The notes under the pieces: generated by a model | Seen by the model: the letters and a program-made list of their open reading frames with translations, nothing else | The model's database searches: none | What the model was told of the DNA's origin: nothing | Position numbers and translations under genes: made by a program | Assembly: GCA_951804945.1 (NCBI GenBank) | Contig: OX638152.1 | Coordinates: forward strand, 59,892,001-59,956,000 | Reading direction: 5' to 3' | Origin: Podarcis cretensis | Lineage: Eukaryota | Length of the DNA stretch: 64,000 nt | In this document: one piece after another, positions 38,554 to 52,247 of the stretch | Layout: every line of letters starts with the position of its first letter | Position numbering within the stretch: position 1 is the first letter of the stretch

Positions 38554-40722
38554 ATGTAGGTAATGGAATGAGCACTTCTTTGTATATCAACTATATCAAT
38601 ATAGCCAATTAGTAGCTTATGCAGCTTTCCCACCTTGGAAAGTGCATCAGGGCCTTATTGCTAATGACCCAGAATGGCTAGAGACATGATGGCAAAGTGG
38701 GCTTTTAATGCTTTGGTGTAATATGTGAAGAATACACCCAATTTCTCCTTGCATGGAATGCATGAACCGCCCCCCCCCATATGTTTCCTGTGCATCTCAC
38801 TCATGCAATTTCCTGTTTCACACATTAATCTGGAAGTACAAAAGTATGTCTGAATTCCCACACATCATAAAGTGAAGCTGAAGCAGTTTTCAATATTTTT
38901 TTTCCATCTCACTTGTACCATTTGAGTGCATCTGGGAAAGACCTATAAGGGCACATGCACACAACATGAAATATAATTCTGAGTATCCTCTTGCACTACT
39001 GATACACTATGGCTGCAAAAACACTTAAAGTGTGACAAAGAGAGAAAAAGAGCCATGTTTAAAATGAACAGGCATTGTAGCTTGTTTAGGTCTTATATTT
39101 GAATTAAAGATGTGGGGAAAAGAAAAGAAAAACTTTAACATATTGTGTGAAAATGTCCTATTGTTTTCAAATTGATTGCGAGTATACAGGAAAGTAGATT
39201 TACACTTGGCAGTTAAATCTTTCGATGCTTTTTGAGGAACCTGTGATCCCAGTACGATTCACGTTAAGGGAAGTTCAATTGATTTCAATGGGATCTGTTT
39301 AATAAACAGGTTTAGTACCGAGATGATCAGTCTCGCTAAAGTGAGGGGTCAGCCTGTCTGAAATGGGTCTCCCCCCGCCCGTCCTTAACAGCTTGGAAGT
39401 CTGTCTTTTTGATTTCAACGTGAAGCCATTAGTGATACAGCTCTAACCCTGCTTGGAAGCGGATGAGCTCCATTCAGCACTGTGGGACTTGCTTCGGAAT
39501 TAACATGTATGCAGCGGGGAGGCAAGTCATATAAAACCTGGGAATAAGGATTATTCTATTTTGTTTTGGATTGTGGCGCCGATCGTCTTCAATCCGAGCA
39601 CTTCTGGTTTGTGAATAGAATTTCTGTTTTGGGCAATGCCGGCTTGTTTCAGGGCAACTGGCAACTGTACATCGAATTTCATTCCTCGTCACTCTCATGC
39701 GGCATATCTGTCACTCTCCAGTTTCTGTGCACGAGGCACTCTGGGTGGAAGATACCCCCAGCAGTCATTCATTAAGCGCCAGAGCAATAAATCGAGCTCT
39801 AACGTGACGTCTGCCATTTTCTGCAGGAATGTTGCTTGCGAAACTACTTTTGCCTTGGAGCAAAGGCGGAAAGATAAACACGGCTGCCTTGCCAAAACAC
39901 TGGCAAATCTTTTCCTGCTTCCACAAATTTCTAAAAGTCACCCAGCATCTTTCTCTCCCCCCCCCCTCACCCCAGGATTAGACTGCTGCCTCTGAGCGCG
40001 GCGCGCGAGTGGTGGTGCTGTCGTTGGCTTTTTATTTTGGTCTTAAGGGGGGGGGGGAGAGAGAGAGAGAGCTAATGCAAATGAGAGGAAAATAATTTTC
40101 TTTCAGCGATATGCAATGTATTAGTCACTTGTTATCGTGCTTGGAGGCAGACCTCATTTGCGCGTCTGCCAACTCGCTCACATCTGCTCAGAGCTGTTCC
40201 GGGCATTTTAACCTTGGCGGTGTCGTGTCGTAGTCCCACGGATCAAGAGCCAGTAATTAAGGCTTGAAGCAGCAGCAAAAATTCATAGCCGCCCATCTGC
40301 AGCGCAGTTGCTTCCGCGCTCAGCTCCCCTCGCCTCCCTCCCGTTTCGGAGCCGACGACTTCAAGATGGCAAGGCAGGCTGCGCCGGGGTCCTTAAGTCT
40401 CCCGAGGAAGGCCGAGGGGGCGCGCAGCTTCGCAGCCGGAGGAGGAATCCCAGCTGCGCCGTGAAACTTTGTCCGCGAGGCCCTGCTCTGTGCTCCCTCG
40501 GCCGGTTCTTGCCCTGCGCATTGCTGGGATATTAAAACCGGAGGATTCGTCTAGATCGCTGCTTGCTGCTTGAGGACACGTACGATGCTTTTAGTAAAGG
40601 CGGAATAGATTCTGCTGAAGATGCCTCTGGGAGACTGGAGGGTTTGTCCTTAGGGTCCTAGGCGACGTACAGTTAGACTTGAGGAACGCTTCCTATCCCC
40701 ACTACCGGCCCTGTTTGGACTT

Positions 40723-40899
40723 GGGGAGTCCCTGGCTGAGTGGTAGAGCATCTGCCTTGCACGCAGAAAATCCCTGCTTCAATCCCTGGCGTTTCCAGGT
40801 AGGCCTTCCTGAAACCCTGGAGAGCTGCTGCCGGTCAGTGTAGACAATATGAGCAAGATAGGCCCATGGTCTGGTTCATGATAAGCCTTTGTTCCTATG
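40723..40899 (+). mobile_element. tRNA-derived SINE (Squam3-like)
   Basis: A box TGGCTGAGTGGTAGAGCATCTG and B box TTCAATCCCTGGC; body GAAACCCTGGAGAGCTGCTGCC.GTCAGTGTAGACAAT; tail TTCCTATG. Confidence 0.75.
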
Positions 40900-43800
40900 A
40901 ATGATGCCCAAGCCCTAGTCGTCTTCGCAAAAATTGTCTTTCGGCTCCATCCTATGTATGTTTACCTGGAAGCAGGTGTCGCTGTGTATTCTATGTCTTC
41001 CTCTCGGTGAGCCTTGGACTGTCTGCAATCCTGTGCTCATTTACTTTACGATGGAACCCACCCCGGGGGTGCAGGAATGCACTTTAGGGGGGCTAAAAAA
41101 AGTTAAAGGAGCGGAAAGCACTTGGGATGGGACAGTTAGCTAGAAAGGCTAATGTAGGGAAATCTGGATAGGAGAACATGATTCGTGGAAGAAACCCTCC
41201 TGCAACTGATAGGCAGGTTTAGGGACTGGGCCCAGATTTCACATTTAAGGCGGCAATCCTATGCGCGCTCACCTGTGAGTAAGCCCCATTCAGCTCAACG
41301 AGGTTTACTTCTGAGTAGATATAAAAAGGGTTGCAAGGCAATTGTGAAGTCACCCTGGATCAAGCGGCTTGCAGATGGTTGCCACACAGCTCCTTTTCTG
41401 ACATTTAAGTCTGCTGCGCTCATCTCTATTTTAAAAGGCACGTTTAATGTACATTTTCCAGAAAGCGCTGGCACCAAAACTCCTTACTGGTAGGATTTGT
41501 ACAGACGAAGTGTGATGGTGCTGGTGGTTTGGATTTTCGCTTCTTCTTCGCAGGAAGAGATGGCTAAGGGCGCAAGCCAACGGGAAGGTCTCCTGCGCAA
41601 GCCCGGCTGACAGAGCTGCGCAGGGAGCGGCTGCTGCTCTTTAGCAATTAATTTCAACCGGGGCTTGTGAGCGCTGGATTGCGCCTTAAGCTGCTTTGCT
41701 ATGGCGTCATTTCATTGAAAGGAGAGCGAGGTTGCTCCTGAGTTAAGTTTGCGGGGGACGAGCTCGCCACCTCGGCATGGGGACTTGGACTGAGCGAGCG
41801 CTTAGGCGACGAGGATTGTAACCCCCCGCCCTGTTAAAAGCTCTCCATTCGCGAGCGCTTAACTCGCGGACCAATCTGCTCGCGGGCGAAGAGGAGGAGG
41901 AGGCGGCGGCGGCGGCGGTGGAGGCGAAGGGGCCGACGACGCAGGCAAAAGCAGGCAGACGGTCCTGCGGGGGGAGCGGGAGGATTTAAGGCTACTTAAG
42001 CTCGCCCGAGCGCTCGACAGCGAACCAACCAAGCTGCATCTCTAGCTGCCGGCGCGCCGGCCATTTGCTGAATAATGAGAAGCTGCTCCTTCCCCTCCCG
42101 AGGGACTCGCCTTCACACAGGCTCCTCTCGGAGGTGGCTGCTCGCTCCCCCCCCCCCCCCGTGTGTGTGTGTCTGCCGGGAGGGAGAGCGGGGAGTGGGA
42201 GGCGCTGCGCTCCCAATCAATCAGACCCTCGATGCTGTTGCTCCGTAAATGAGGAAACCACAGGCACTGTCAGCCACAATTAAGCAAAATCAACTCGCCC
42301 GTGATCAATATCTGCTCGTGTCCCCGGTGAATACGGGGGCCGACGCCGACCTCCTTTGGGCTCTCGCAGCGCGGCCGCCGGGCCGAAAAGCCACAAAGGC
42401 CAGCGCCGACCCAAGCGGGGCAGGCAATGGGAGAGAGAAAGGGCGGGGAGCGCATTCATCACGAAGGGGGTGGGGAGAAACTCGGCTGTGGGTGTGCGCC
42501 TCCCCCGTGCACGCGCGCTGCTGTAGACCGTGGGGCTTCCAAAGCAAGAGGGTGTGGACCAAGCGGGTTTACCATTGCATCCTGGTCTTCACAGCAACCG
42601 ACCTTGGGTCTGGGCTGGTTTGTTTATGTGTACTAGTCACGCACATAGCTCGATACTTGTGCTGGTTTTCTTTCTTAAACTTTCCTATTAACAAACACGG
42701 TTGTTGTTGTTTTTTTAAAAAAATAATTTCTTTCAGCCTACTGCCTCCCTAACCTGGATTCTTAGCATACCCTTGTGAGACCAACACTGGGCTGGGAGGA
42801 ACCTCTTCCTTCTGTCTTTGCAAGCCAGCCAGCTTGCCTGCTGTCCGGGCTGGGTGGCGTGCGAGGGGTTAATGGGCCGACAGGGCCTTGCCTGCGTTTT
42901 CCCCCGCTCTCGCTTGGCTGATACCCAGGGAGGCGGCGTCCGCTTAGGTACCTGAAAGACCCATTGAGTGCCAAGCGGGTCGGCTGCACGGAGGCCCTTC
43001 TCCTTTCCTCTGGCCCGTTGCTGCCGCCGCCGCCCCTCCTCCGCCTCTGTCACCGCCTGCTTGTTGTCTCTCCAAGCAGCAGCAGCGGAAACCGAGCCCG
43101 TGTCTGTGCGCGCGCCTAAAATGGCGCGGCCGGTGGGGGATCTCAAAGACTAAACGGGCTGGGATGACTCATTGGGTCTGGCTGAAAGAGCGAAGGAGAG
43201 TTGCAGGAGGCGGCAGCGCGAGGAGGTGCCTGCGCTCCGTACAGGCCAGGCGAGCGCCCTGCGCCACGGTGCTGCCGAGCCTGTAATCCTCTCGGAAGGG
43301 GGAGGAGGGGACCCCGCGGGACGGGGTGAGACCCCCACATCGGCGCCCGAGGCGAAGGTGCTTTTCGCCGTGTACGTAGTGCGGGAAGTGGGCCTTAATG
43401 GCACAAGTCAATTCGGGGACTTTCTCGGATCAAACGGCGGGGGAGAGACGCGAGGTCGCGAGAGAAATACTTCTCTCCCCTTCATTCTGTTTCGTTGCCT
43501 TCGTTTCGGCTTCCTGCAACGCCCCGTGTGCCTGGGCTATTTCACGAGGGACCAGATTATTAAGGCGCACGACGACCCCCCAATATCCCCCCCGCGTGGC
43601 CGCTCCACCTCCCCCACCTCCGAGTTCATTTGGGTGGAACAAACGGGCCCCACAGCTTCCCCCGGGTCTCGTACTAGGAGAAGCGGGGGCGCTATTTCTC
43701 CACCGCGCAGAAAACGTTGGCAAGAGACGACGTGAGAGAGAGAGAGAGTGAGAGACAGAGACGGCGGGCAGGGTTATTTGAAGGCTCGCCAGCCATTTTA

Positions 43801-45117
43801 CCTTTCCCTTATTGACGGCCTTCCGCCCTCCTCCTCCTCCTCCTCCTCTCCCCGCCCCTCCCCGTCCCCGAACATCACTTATTCACAAGTTTTCCTGGCA
43901 AATGGCGGTAAAGGGTCGAAGTCACGGCGCTTTGCTTCGCGGTTGATGTGCAAAGGAGGCTGCTGCGGTCCGAAGCCTTGCGCACGGCGGTGGAGGAAAC
44001 GACGGGCTGCTGCCAGAGGTTTTTGGATGCGCTGCGGGTCTGTGCACCGCCCCCTTTGAACCCCGATCTTTCAGGGAAACGAAGGCAAAGGCTGTCTGAA
44101 GCCACTCTCTCCCTTCGAAGCAGGGTCTCCCTGGCAAAAGGCAGGGAAGTCCTTTCCTTTCCTTTCCTGCGGCTACACAGCAGTTGGCTGGGGTTGTGGA
44201 GTCCTCGCTTCCCCTCGTCCTCCTGCTCTCGACATATCACCCCTCACTTTTGCAATGCACAAAAGTGAAGTGAAGGAAGGAAGGAAGGAAGTGAAGCATT
44301 TCTACTCCCCTCGCCCCCCCTCTCTCTCCTTCCCGTCCCGTTTCGTTTTATCTGAGTCTCGAAGCCGGAATCCCTCATTCCGGATGCCGTTGCCTGTGCC
44401 CAATCGATCGCGGCCGCCCCGTAATGCCTACACAGCGCTTTGTTTACGTGACATGAGAAGAAAGTCCGGATCGCGAAGGCGCACGTGACGGCGCAGGAAG
44501 CCTCCCGAGGAACGTGCGCAGACAGAAGAGAGAGGAAGTTTAAAAGCCCCCGAAATAGCCACCCGACCGGTTCTTCTCTTTTTCCGCGCGCTGCTTGGGC
44601 AAACTTGGGCATCGTTCTGCGCGCCTCCGTTACGCACATCAGAAAATCGGGTTGGAGACGTCGCAGGCACATTGTGCTTAGCTTTGTGGCCAGACAAAAT
44701 GCCACACGTCCCGGCTAAAGGTCAGCCGCCGTCCTCCCAGCCGTGGATACTTAGTTTGCTCTTTCCTACTTTGCTTAACAAACGTGCTTCAAGCTCTCTC
44801 GTACAACGTAGCTTCCCGCCACCTCTGCGCAACGGCGTGTTCAAATTTATGCCACCGTATTTTGCACGACCCAGTGCATGCTTATTCATAAATTCTTCTG
44901 TGTTCAAGGGGGCTTATTCCGAGGCAAGTGTGCACAAGACTGCAGCTTTGTTTAAAATAGCAAACTGCACTAATATCTTAAGGTTACAGTTGTAATACCG
45001 TGGGGCGAGGCCTGTTTGACACAGCGGGGCTTGGTTCAGACATAAGATAGGAAGGGCTGGACCAATTCGAAATTGTAAATGGAAGAAAAGGTGCCTTGAC
45101 TTAAACGGAAGCCAGGA

Positions 45118-45273
45118 CAGTGTAGTGCTTAGTGCAGACCAAGATGCTCCCTGAGTGACCTTGACTCGCTCTGCCCTTTCCTTTGATCTTACCTCGCGCG
45201 ATTGATGTGCGGCTAAAATTGGGGAACGTTTGCCACCTTGACCTCCTCGGAAGAGATATATAAATGCAATAAA
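45118..45273 (+). mobile_element. Degenerate MIR-like SINE
   Basis: CTGAGTGACCTTG..TACCTCGC..G.TTG.TGTG.GG.TAAAA..GCCACCTTGA.CTCCT..ATAAATGCAATAAA; same family as 51401-51590 in the opposite orientation. Confidence 0.55.
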
Positions 45274-48200
45274 GACATTTCCAGTAATGTAGAGCCAGAA
45301 AGCGTGTAGTTGCCCCCGAGTTCAGGCTTTGAGTACATGTGCAGGCTCATGAATAGGCTAAGTGTACGTCGCGTCATTATTGAAATACAGGAGAAAAGGC
45401 TGCCTCCCCATCAGATGCTCTGCAGCTTGTTTAGGGGAGACCTGAAACGGGCAGGGAGCTAGAGATGGGCAAACTATGTATGGTCTTGTTTTGATTACAG
45501 AGGAGGGCCTAATTTGATTAACGCGAAAGCCCCGCCGGGTTAGCGCCATTCCCCCCTGACATTCGCCATCCACGTCCGCTTGCTCTACGGCTCCGACCCG
45601 CCTGCCGTGCAGCTGACGGCGGGCCTGTGGTTTATGCAGTGGAAAGTGGCCGGCTGCCAAAAGGAGCAGGAGGTGGAAAGAGGAAAGGCGCCAACAGGGA
45701 ACTCGTGTGCGCTCGCGGCATTCGCTCTCCTTCCTGGCTCGCTGGAGCCCGGCTGGGGCTTACTCTCTGGTTATTTTTCCTCCTTGCACCCTTTTTCGTG
45801 CCCTGGTTGGCAAGAAAGGCGCCTTCGCCACCTTGAATGGCGGGAAAGAGAGGCCGCCAACGCGCTCGGCATGGTTTCTCCGGACCCTCCTTCCCGGGGA
45901 GGCGAAGAGCAAAGCGCTGCGGCTGCTTCCCCTGGCCGCGGGCACCAGGTTTGTTGAGTTTGAGAAGGCAGGAGCGTGCGAGCAAAAGTTTGCTCCTGCG
46001 CCCGCCTCCAGTGGCTGCCAAGAGTCTGTTGCCGTTGCGAGGGCGATGCAAGCGGTTCCCTTTTTGAAAAGAGAGAGAACGAGAACGGGGAGGGCAGAGG
46101 AGGATCCAACAGCCAAGCAGGGCGCTGCGTGAATGCATTTGCCTCCCACCCAATGATGTGGAGTTGCGGCGGCTGCCAGTTGTGCCCGGAGAACTGGGTG
46201 TTCAGCCAGACACGCCGAGCGCCGGGGCCGCTTTTTTCTTTTCCTTTCGAGTCTGCTCTGTAACTTGAGCGCAGCAGCTTGATGGCGGGGGCGGGGAGAG
46301 AGAGAGAGAGAGAGAGAGAGGAGGCTCCTCTCGGCAGCGGACACCGAGCAGGTTTTGCAGCGAAACCCCGCCGTGCAGCTCCCCCCTTTTCCTCCCAGGC
46401 GAGCTTGACGGATTTGTCAGCCGGACACCTCCGGGGAGGAAATTCCGCGTGGCCTCTTTGGCGCTCGGAGCCTGCCTGCTGCTGCTGCTGCTGCTGCCTT
46501 AGGTCACATTCTCGCGCAGCCAGCGAGCTCGCCTCGCTCGGCAGGAGGCGCGGCGCGATCCCCACCCCGGGGAGGAGGTTTTGCTTTCCGTCGCGGGCTG
46601 GTACGGTCGGAAGCTGCTGCAGCTATGGCAGCTTCTAGCAACTCTGGCCGAGGTGCTGGGCATATGCTAGCAGCATATAAACGAGGTGGAGGGGGTGTGC
46701 TCTCCAAAGTAGCATGCGGGAGGGGGAGGCACCGAGGACAGCTTTTTAATCAAGTTTTTTTGGGGGAGGGGGGGAATCGTGACATATGTGCGGTTCTGTT
46801 ATTTTCTGTTGTCTCCTGCCTTACGTCCCCTCCGCCCCACTTCTATGTATAAAGCAAAAGAGTGTTACATAACGGGGAGATTCCCGAAGGTAGAAGGAGA
46901 CTTGCGGGGACTCGGAAAAGCAAAGTGTCAAGCCCTGAATCGCTCCACGGAGGCGGAGAAACAGCCAGGGAGGTGGTTTATTTAATTTTCAGGACGAATT
47001 AGATAAAACTGCGGTCTTTAGTCCAACTCTCTAGTGTAGCCGGAATCTTAGCTAAAGCATACACACCAATTCAACGTACTGATTTTTTGGGGGATGGGGT
47101 GGGAAATAATCGCAATAAACACTAACACTAACACGGCCTACCCTCCCTCGTTATGCCCAAACCCCACTTCTTTTTGACAGTGTCTCTAAGCGTGACTTTC
47201 TCAGACGCTTGTGCATTTTAATTTACACTATGCATTATATATGTCGCCTTTTATTAGCATGTCAAGGCAGGCGGTTAATACCTAGAGCTAACCAGTAGTC
47301 CTGAACAGCCCCGATTCTGCGTGCACTTTCTGGGGACTAGGCCTCGCAAAATACAAGCGGGACTTGGGTCTGTCTTTATTTCGGTGCGGGGGGGCACTCC
47401 TTTTCAGCCTGAGGGTCCCACCTGAAGGAGCCTTCCGGGGCCGGCGGTGGGCGAGGCCAGAGGCGGCGTTGGCTCCATGGATGTCACGGCAGCCTACATT
47501 CTAACCGCGCAAGAGTCAAAAGGTTTCTGTGTTCTATTTCTCTATAAAGTGCGTCAAGGCAAGCGAAGAGGCATTATCCTAGGCCAAGGACACATTCAAA
47601 CCAGACAAAAGCGCTCCGAAGGGTTTGTGGGGGCAGGGCCAGTGGGGTGCGGCCTAAGGAGAGTGGGCTTCCGGTCCCCCATCCTTGTTTTACTGGCCCT
47701 CTTGGGATTTACCTTCAGGTAAGAGGGTAAAGGAAGGTTTGGGTAGTTACAGGGTAAACCAGTGCATGTCTACTCTAGTCCCAATGCGTTAACTGGGGAT
47801 TACTCCCGGGTAAACGAGTAGTGGGTAGGATTGCAGCCCTGAGCGCATTTCTTTGATTTCACAGGGACTTGCGGGTAAAGCCTGCTCTGGACCGTAGATC
47901 CAAATGCTCAGACTTAACTGAGCTGTGGATCCATTGCTCCGTAAGCGGAGTGGTTGCTTATATGTAACCTTCCAGGCTCACAGCCACAAAGCAGAAAGAG
48001 CTGCTGCTTCGCCAGCAACGTCTCCTCCTGGAGCCCGAAGGGTTAAAAGTCTGTTGCTTGTTGCAATGAAATTATGGCTGGCAGTGGCGCCGCTGTTTGT
48101 TCAACAGACCTCCACTTTTAAACAGTTCACAAAAAGTTCATCAGGGCGGCGGTGATTATAAACAACGTATGTATGCGCTGGGAAGCGCGACCCTGAAAAC

Positions 48201-51200
48201 GAGCAGAAACGAGCAAACATCTCGCCTCGCCCACCTCCCGGGAAGGGATCGCGCGCCCTTGGTTGTACTTTTTGCACAGAACCGGCTCAGGCGCTGCGCG
48301 CTCCCGGCTACTGCAACTCTTCTCCCGGCCTCCGAAAAGGCCTTTCTCTCCCAGCCCGCGGATCCCGCCTCCCTTTCGCCTCGTGTCGCTGGGATGCAGC
48401 GGCGACACTCCAAAGGGGAATTTGGCAACTTCTTCTGTTGCAAAAGCTCCGCGGCAGACCTTAAGCAATCCCAGCCTCGCTCTGGGCCCCTTCTGTGCAA
48501 ACACCTTTGCCCGGGGCGAGTTTCGCGGCGTGGACTAGCAAAGAGAGATGGTTGTCTTGCAGCAGAAGGCAACATAGTTTTCTTTTTCTCCTTGTTTTGT
48601 TGTTTTATTTTTAAATACGCACTGTAGCGCTTTGGGAGCTATCATAATCTGGGCCGATTATTTGGCAATTTGCTTTTGACCGTCCTCTCTTCCCAGTTTA
48701 GGAAACCTTTGCATTCAGGGCGTAGCTTCGCTTGCATATCTGCCTTTAGAAGCCAACGGCTCCCCCTCCCCACACAGCGCCCCAAGTATCTGGGGTTGAC
48801 TCAGATCGCGCTCCTGGGGTCGACTTTTGCAGATCTCAGGAGCACCAGCCGATGGCAACCAACGATACATTTCCCCGCGAGGAAACCCAGAGCCTTAGCT
48901 CAGTTCCAGCCTATAAAAAGCAAGATTAGGCTCCCGGGCATGTCTTCTGCTTTTCAGAAAAGGGGTGGGGGAAAGGGGAGAGGGAGCGGCGTCCCCTCCC
49001 TCCGTGCAGACAGCCCTATCTCTTTGGACTTTGTGTCCCCTCCATTCCTTACAGATGAGGCGGCGCTCTGGGCGGCTACTAACCGTATGTAAAACTCTCA
49101 ATCATTCTCCAGGCTGCGGCTGCTCCATTTGAAAACATTACGAGCCGTGCATCTGGAAAACACTAAATCTGGTCAGCAAAACCCGTCTTTCCCCTGGAAC
49201 AACAACTTTTGAATGATAGGGCGATATTTCGTCCTCGCCTTTACTGGGGCGGTGGGGGGGGGCGGGGCGAGGAGAAGGAAGGAGAGAAGGGGCCAGCTCC
49301 TCTTCCTTGACAGCAATTGGGGTCAGCTCTTGCAAGCTAGCTGCTGCGGAGGGAGGCAGGGAGGGAGGGAGGGGACGGTGCCATTTCAGTAAAATATGTT
49401 CCGTGCGTGGGGATCTGCACAAAAGGCTTCTTCAAGGAGCTGGGAGGGGTAACAAGAAGGGCTCATGAAATGCTTGAGAGAACACAGGGCTTTCCTTGGC
49501 GCTTATACGGAGGTCCTTCTCTGATCGTGGTTGGAGCATTTGTGCGCAAACGCAACCTAGGTTTTGCCTCCGCTCCGTTTTTAAGGGTTAATTCGTCTGT
49601 TTTGGAGCACAGGGGCTTTTAAACTGCGAGACGTGCGTGCGTGCGTGCGTGCGTGCCGCTCTCCACTAGCCTCTGCGTGGATAGGTCCGACCAGACCCCG
49701 GGGCTCCTTCACCGTTTACTCTCGGGTAATCCCACTGGGCTTGGTTGAGCCACAGGGGTTGAAGGGCTGCGGCAGTAGAGCCCGATCCTAATCGCATACT
49801 TATATTGGATAGTGGGTTAGTTTCAGTGGTGCTGTATCCCCAAGTTATTAACCGTGTGTAGGATGGCCCCTTATTAGGAATACACAGGTTAAGGTCTCCA
49901 TCCGTTCCGCGCGATCCTAAACGCGTTTAGCTTAGAAATGGGTCCCGATTTGTGCAGAGCGACTTCCTCGGTGGTAGCTACGTTAAGGATTGCGCCCTAG
50001 TACGTCTCCGTTTAAAAACCCGAAAAAGCCCCGGAAGCCTCCCTTCTCTGCAGAAAAGCAATTTAGCGCAGCGCGTCCCGCGTTCGCCGTTCCTCCCCTT
50101 GGCGAGGCATTTTGTGCCTGCGCGCACTTTCCCCTCCCCTCCCTCCTTTTTGGTGAGAGGAAGAGCTGAAGGGGTATCCTGTGCATTAAAGGCTCCCCCT
50201 ACTTATTAACCCAGCATTTAACAGCGGGATGCAGGCTGAAGCTCAGTCAAAAGAAACGACTGAACCTCCAAAGAGCAATTAAAATCCGGCACTGGAATAA
50301 ATCACGCGCCGCGATAATCGTGTTAATAAAACGCAGCTTGTCCTGACACTTCACTCATGCAGCAAACTAGAATTTAATGCGGGCGGAGATGGCGCGTTCG
50401 GGAGGGAAGAAAGGCAGGCGAGGCCCTTCTGTTGCTGGACGCGAAAATCCGGTTGCCTTTCACCTGCCTTCCCTGCTGCACGCAGCGCCGATCCTTTCGG
50501 ACTGCTAATGCTTCTCCAGTGAGCCCGCTAATGATTTCTTTCCCTGGAGTGAGCAGGCGTCATTGAATTACTGAAAGCACTCAAAGCAGCGGCGGCGGCG
50601 CAACAACAGCAGCTCCAATGGTGGAAGCCACCAGGGTTGGGTTACTTAATCAAATCAAGGGCTGGGGATCTCACCAACCTACTTAATGTTTTTTTCTCTC
50701 CCCTTAACCCTTTTCTGGGCTGGGAGACGAACTTCTAGGAAAATGGTTGCCCTATTAAAAATAGGAGCTCTTGTTTGTCTCTGGCCTTCTACTTCAGCTT
50801 GTTTTCACAGATAGTTTCCACTTCAAATGAAGATTCTAGCGTTTCTGACATTTGACACCTTGCTTTTTTGCTTTCTTTAAAAGTGAATGTTAGGATATCA
50901 CTCTGTGCCTTCAGTCTGGCCCCGTTCCCACTCCCAGGCTGTGTTTTCATATTTGGATTTCCTCCTTGCTAAAGTTATCTCTTCAAACACAACCCAGTTC
51001 TTTTGTGCACTGGGTAAGATCCCGCCAGTGTTGAGCCCTGCTTTGTGAATAAATGAAAACCTGCGGGAATTTGTCCTGCTTAATTTTGGTTGGATCTTCC
51101 CCATTATTTGGATTTAAAGTTTCACTGAAAGTAATTTCAACACAATGGGGACAATCAGGCTAAAAAGTACATTTAGTGACACTAGGTACCATTGATTTCA

Positions 51201-51400
51201 GAGGGTTGGGGTGTCACAATTGCCGCTTGATCACACACACACACTGGTTGTGCTACACGTGGAAAAGAAAATCCACTGAAAAGAAAATGATATATTGCTG
51301 CTTACGAAGGGTTAAACACACACAGACAGAATTATGCTGCCAAAGTCGAGTACTCTTACATCCTGTAGAAGTTATGCAGACGCCCAACACTCCCAGTGAA

Positions 51401-51590
51401 TTTATTTATTTATTGCATTTATTTCCTACCTTTCCCCCAAGGAGCTCAAGGTGGTATATACATGGTTCTCTCTCTCTCCATTTAATCTGCACAACAACCC
51501 TGTGAGATAGGTTAGGATAAGAAAGTGAGTGCCCAAGGTCACTCAGTGAGCTTCATGGCCAAGTGGGGATTTGAACGTAGGTTTCCCACT
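51401..51590 (-). mobile_element. MIR-like/CORE SINE with L2-type tail
   Basis: (TTTA)n tail, CACAACAACCCTGTGAG.TAGG, GCCCAAGGTCAC.CAG, GGGATTTGAAC (reverse B box). Confidence 0.75.
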
Positions 51591-52247
51591 CAGACAATCT
51601 CACCACAACAATGCACCAGACTCTATGTGAAATCAATAGGATGCAAAAGCTTTTGGGTGGGTTTTTGCTGGTCCTGTTTCCTTACTAAGTTTTATGGGTA
51701 TATTGCTGTGTGTGTGTGTGTTTGTTTTTGCAAAAGTCTCTTATTTTTTTTGTATGCCACCTTAAGCAATTTTAATCAGTAGTGTGGTAACTAAACGCTA
51801 TAATGTCCCAGTTGGTTTTTATTTGCTTGTCTGTGTGCACCATGAATTCCTGAGATGTACGGTAATTCGCTTGAGTATCAAGCAAATATCTCTGGCTTCA
51901 TTACAAGTAAGGTGTGCTTTGCTGATGGGTGTGTAATTGTTTTTATTTCGAATTAAACTCAATGGGAGTAACATTCTTCCCCTGTCCTGCACAACGTTAG
52001 ATTTATAGCGTTTCTGACCAGTGCATTCCCTCAACTTCCTACTTTTTGTTACATGTGTTTTAACTCTGGCTGCTCACGACCTTGTACCAAGCCTATATTC
52101 CTTGTTAATTATCTCGAGGCAGACCGGTGATTCCACTATGATGTCTGCCCTTCCTCCGCGGTCAATCTTCTCAACTTCTTTTTTTTCTTTCCCACCAATT
52201 AGATTATACACACGTGTGAAGAAAAGCCTCTGTTTTAAGGTGAAGTC

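Larger units (their letters stand above)
39980..50600. promoter_or_regulatory. ~10-kb CpG-rich domain preceding the first coding exon
   Basis: Sustained CpG density, strongest at 41570-46700 and 47900-50600, with several YY1-like motifs. Confidence 0.75.

Noticed and set aside
42200-46700. Overlapping long ORFs, including a polyQ-containing 264-aa ORF
   Set aside because: GC-rich artefacts; the polyQ derives from a (GCT)n microsatellite.
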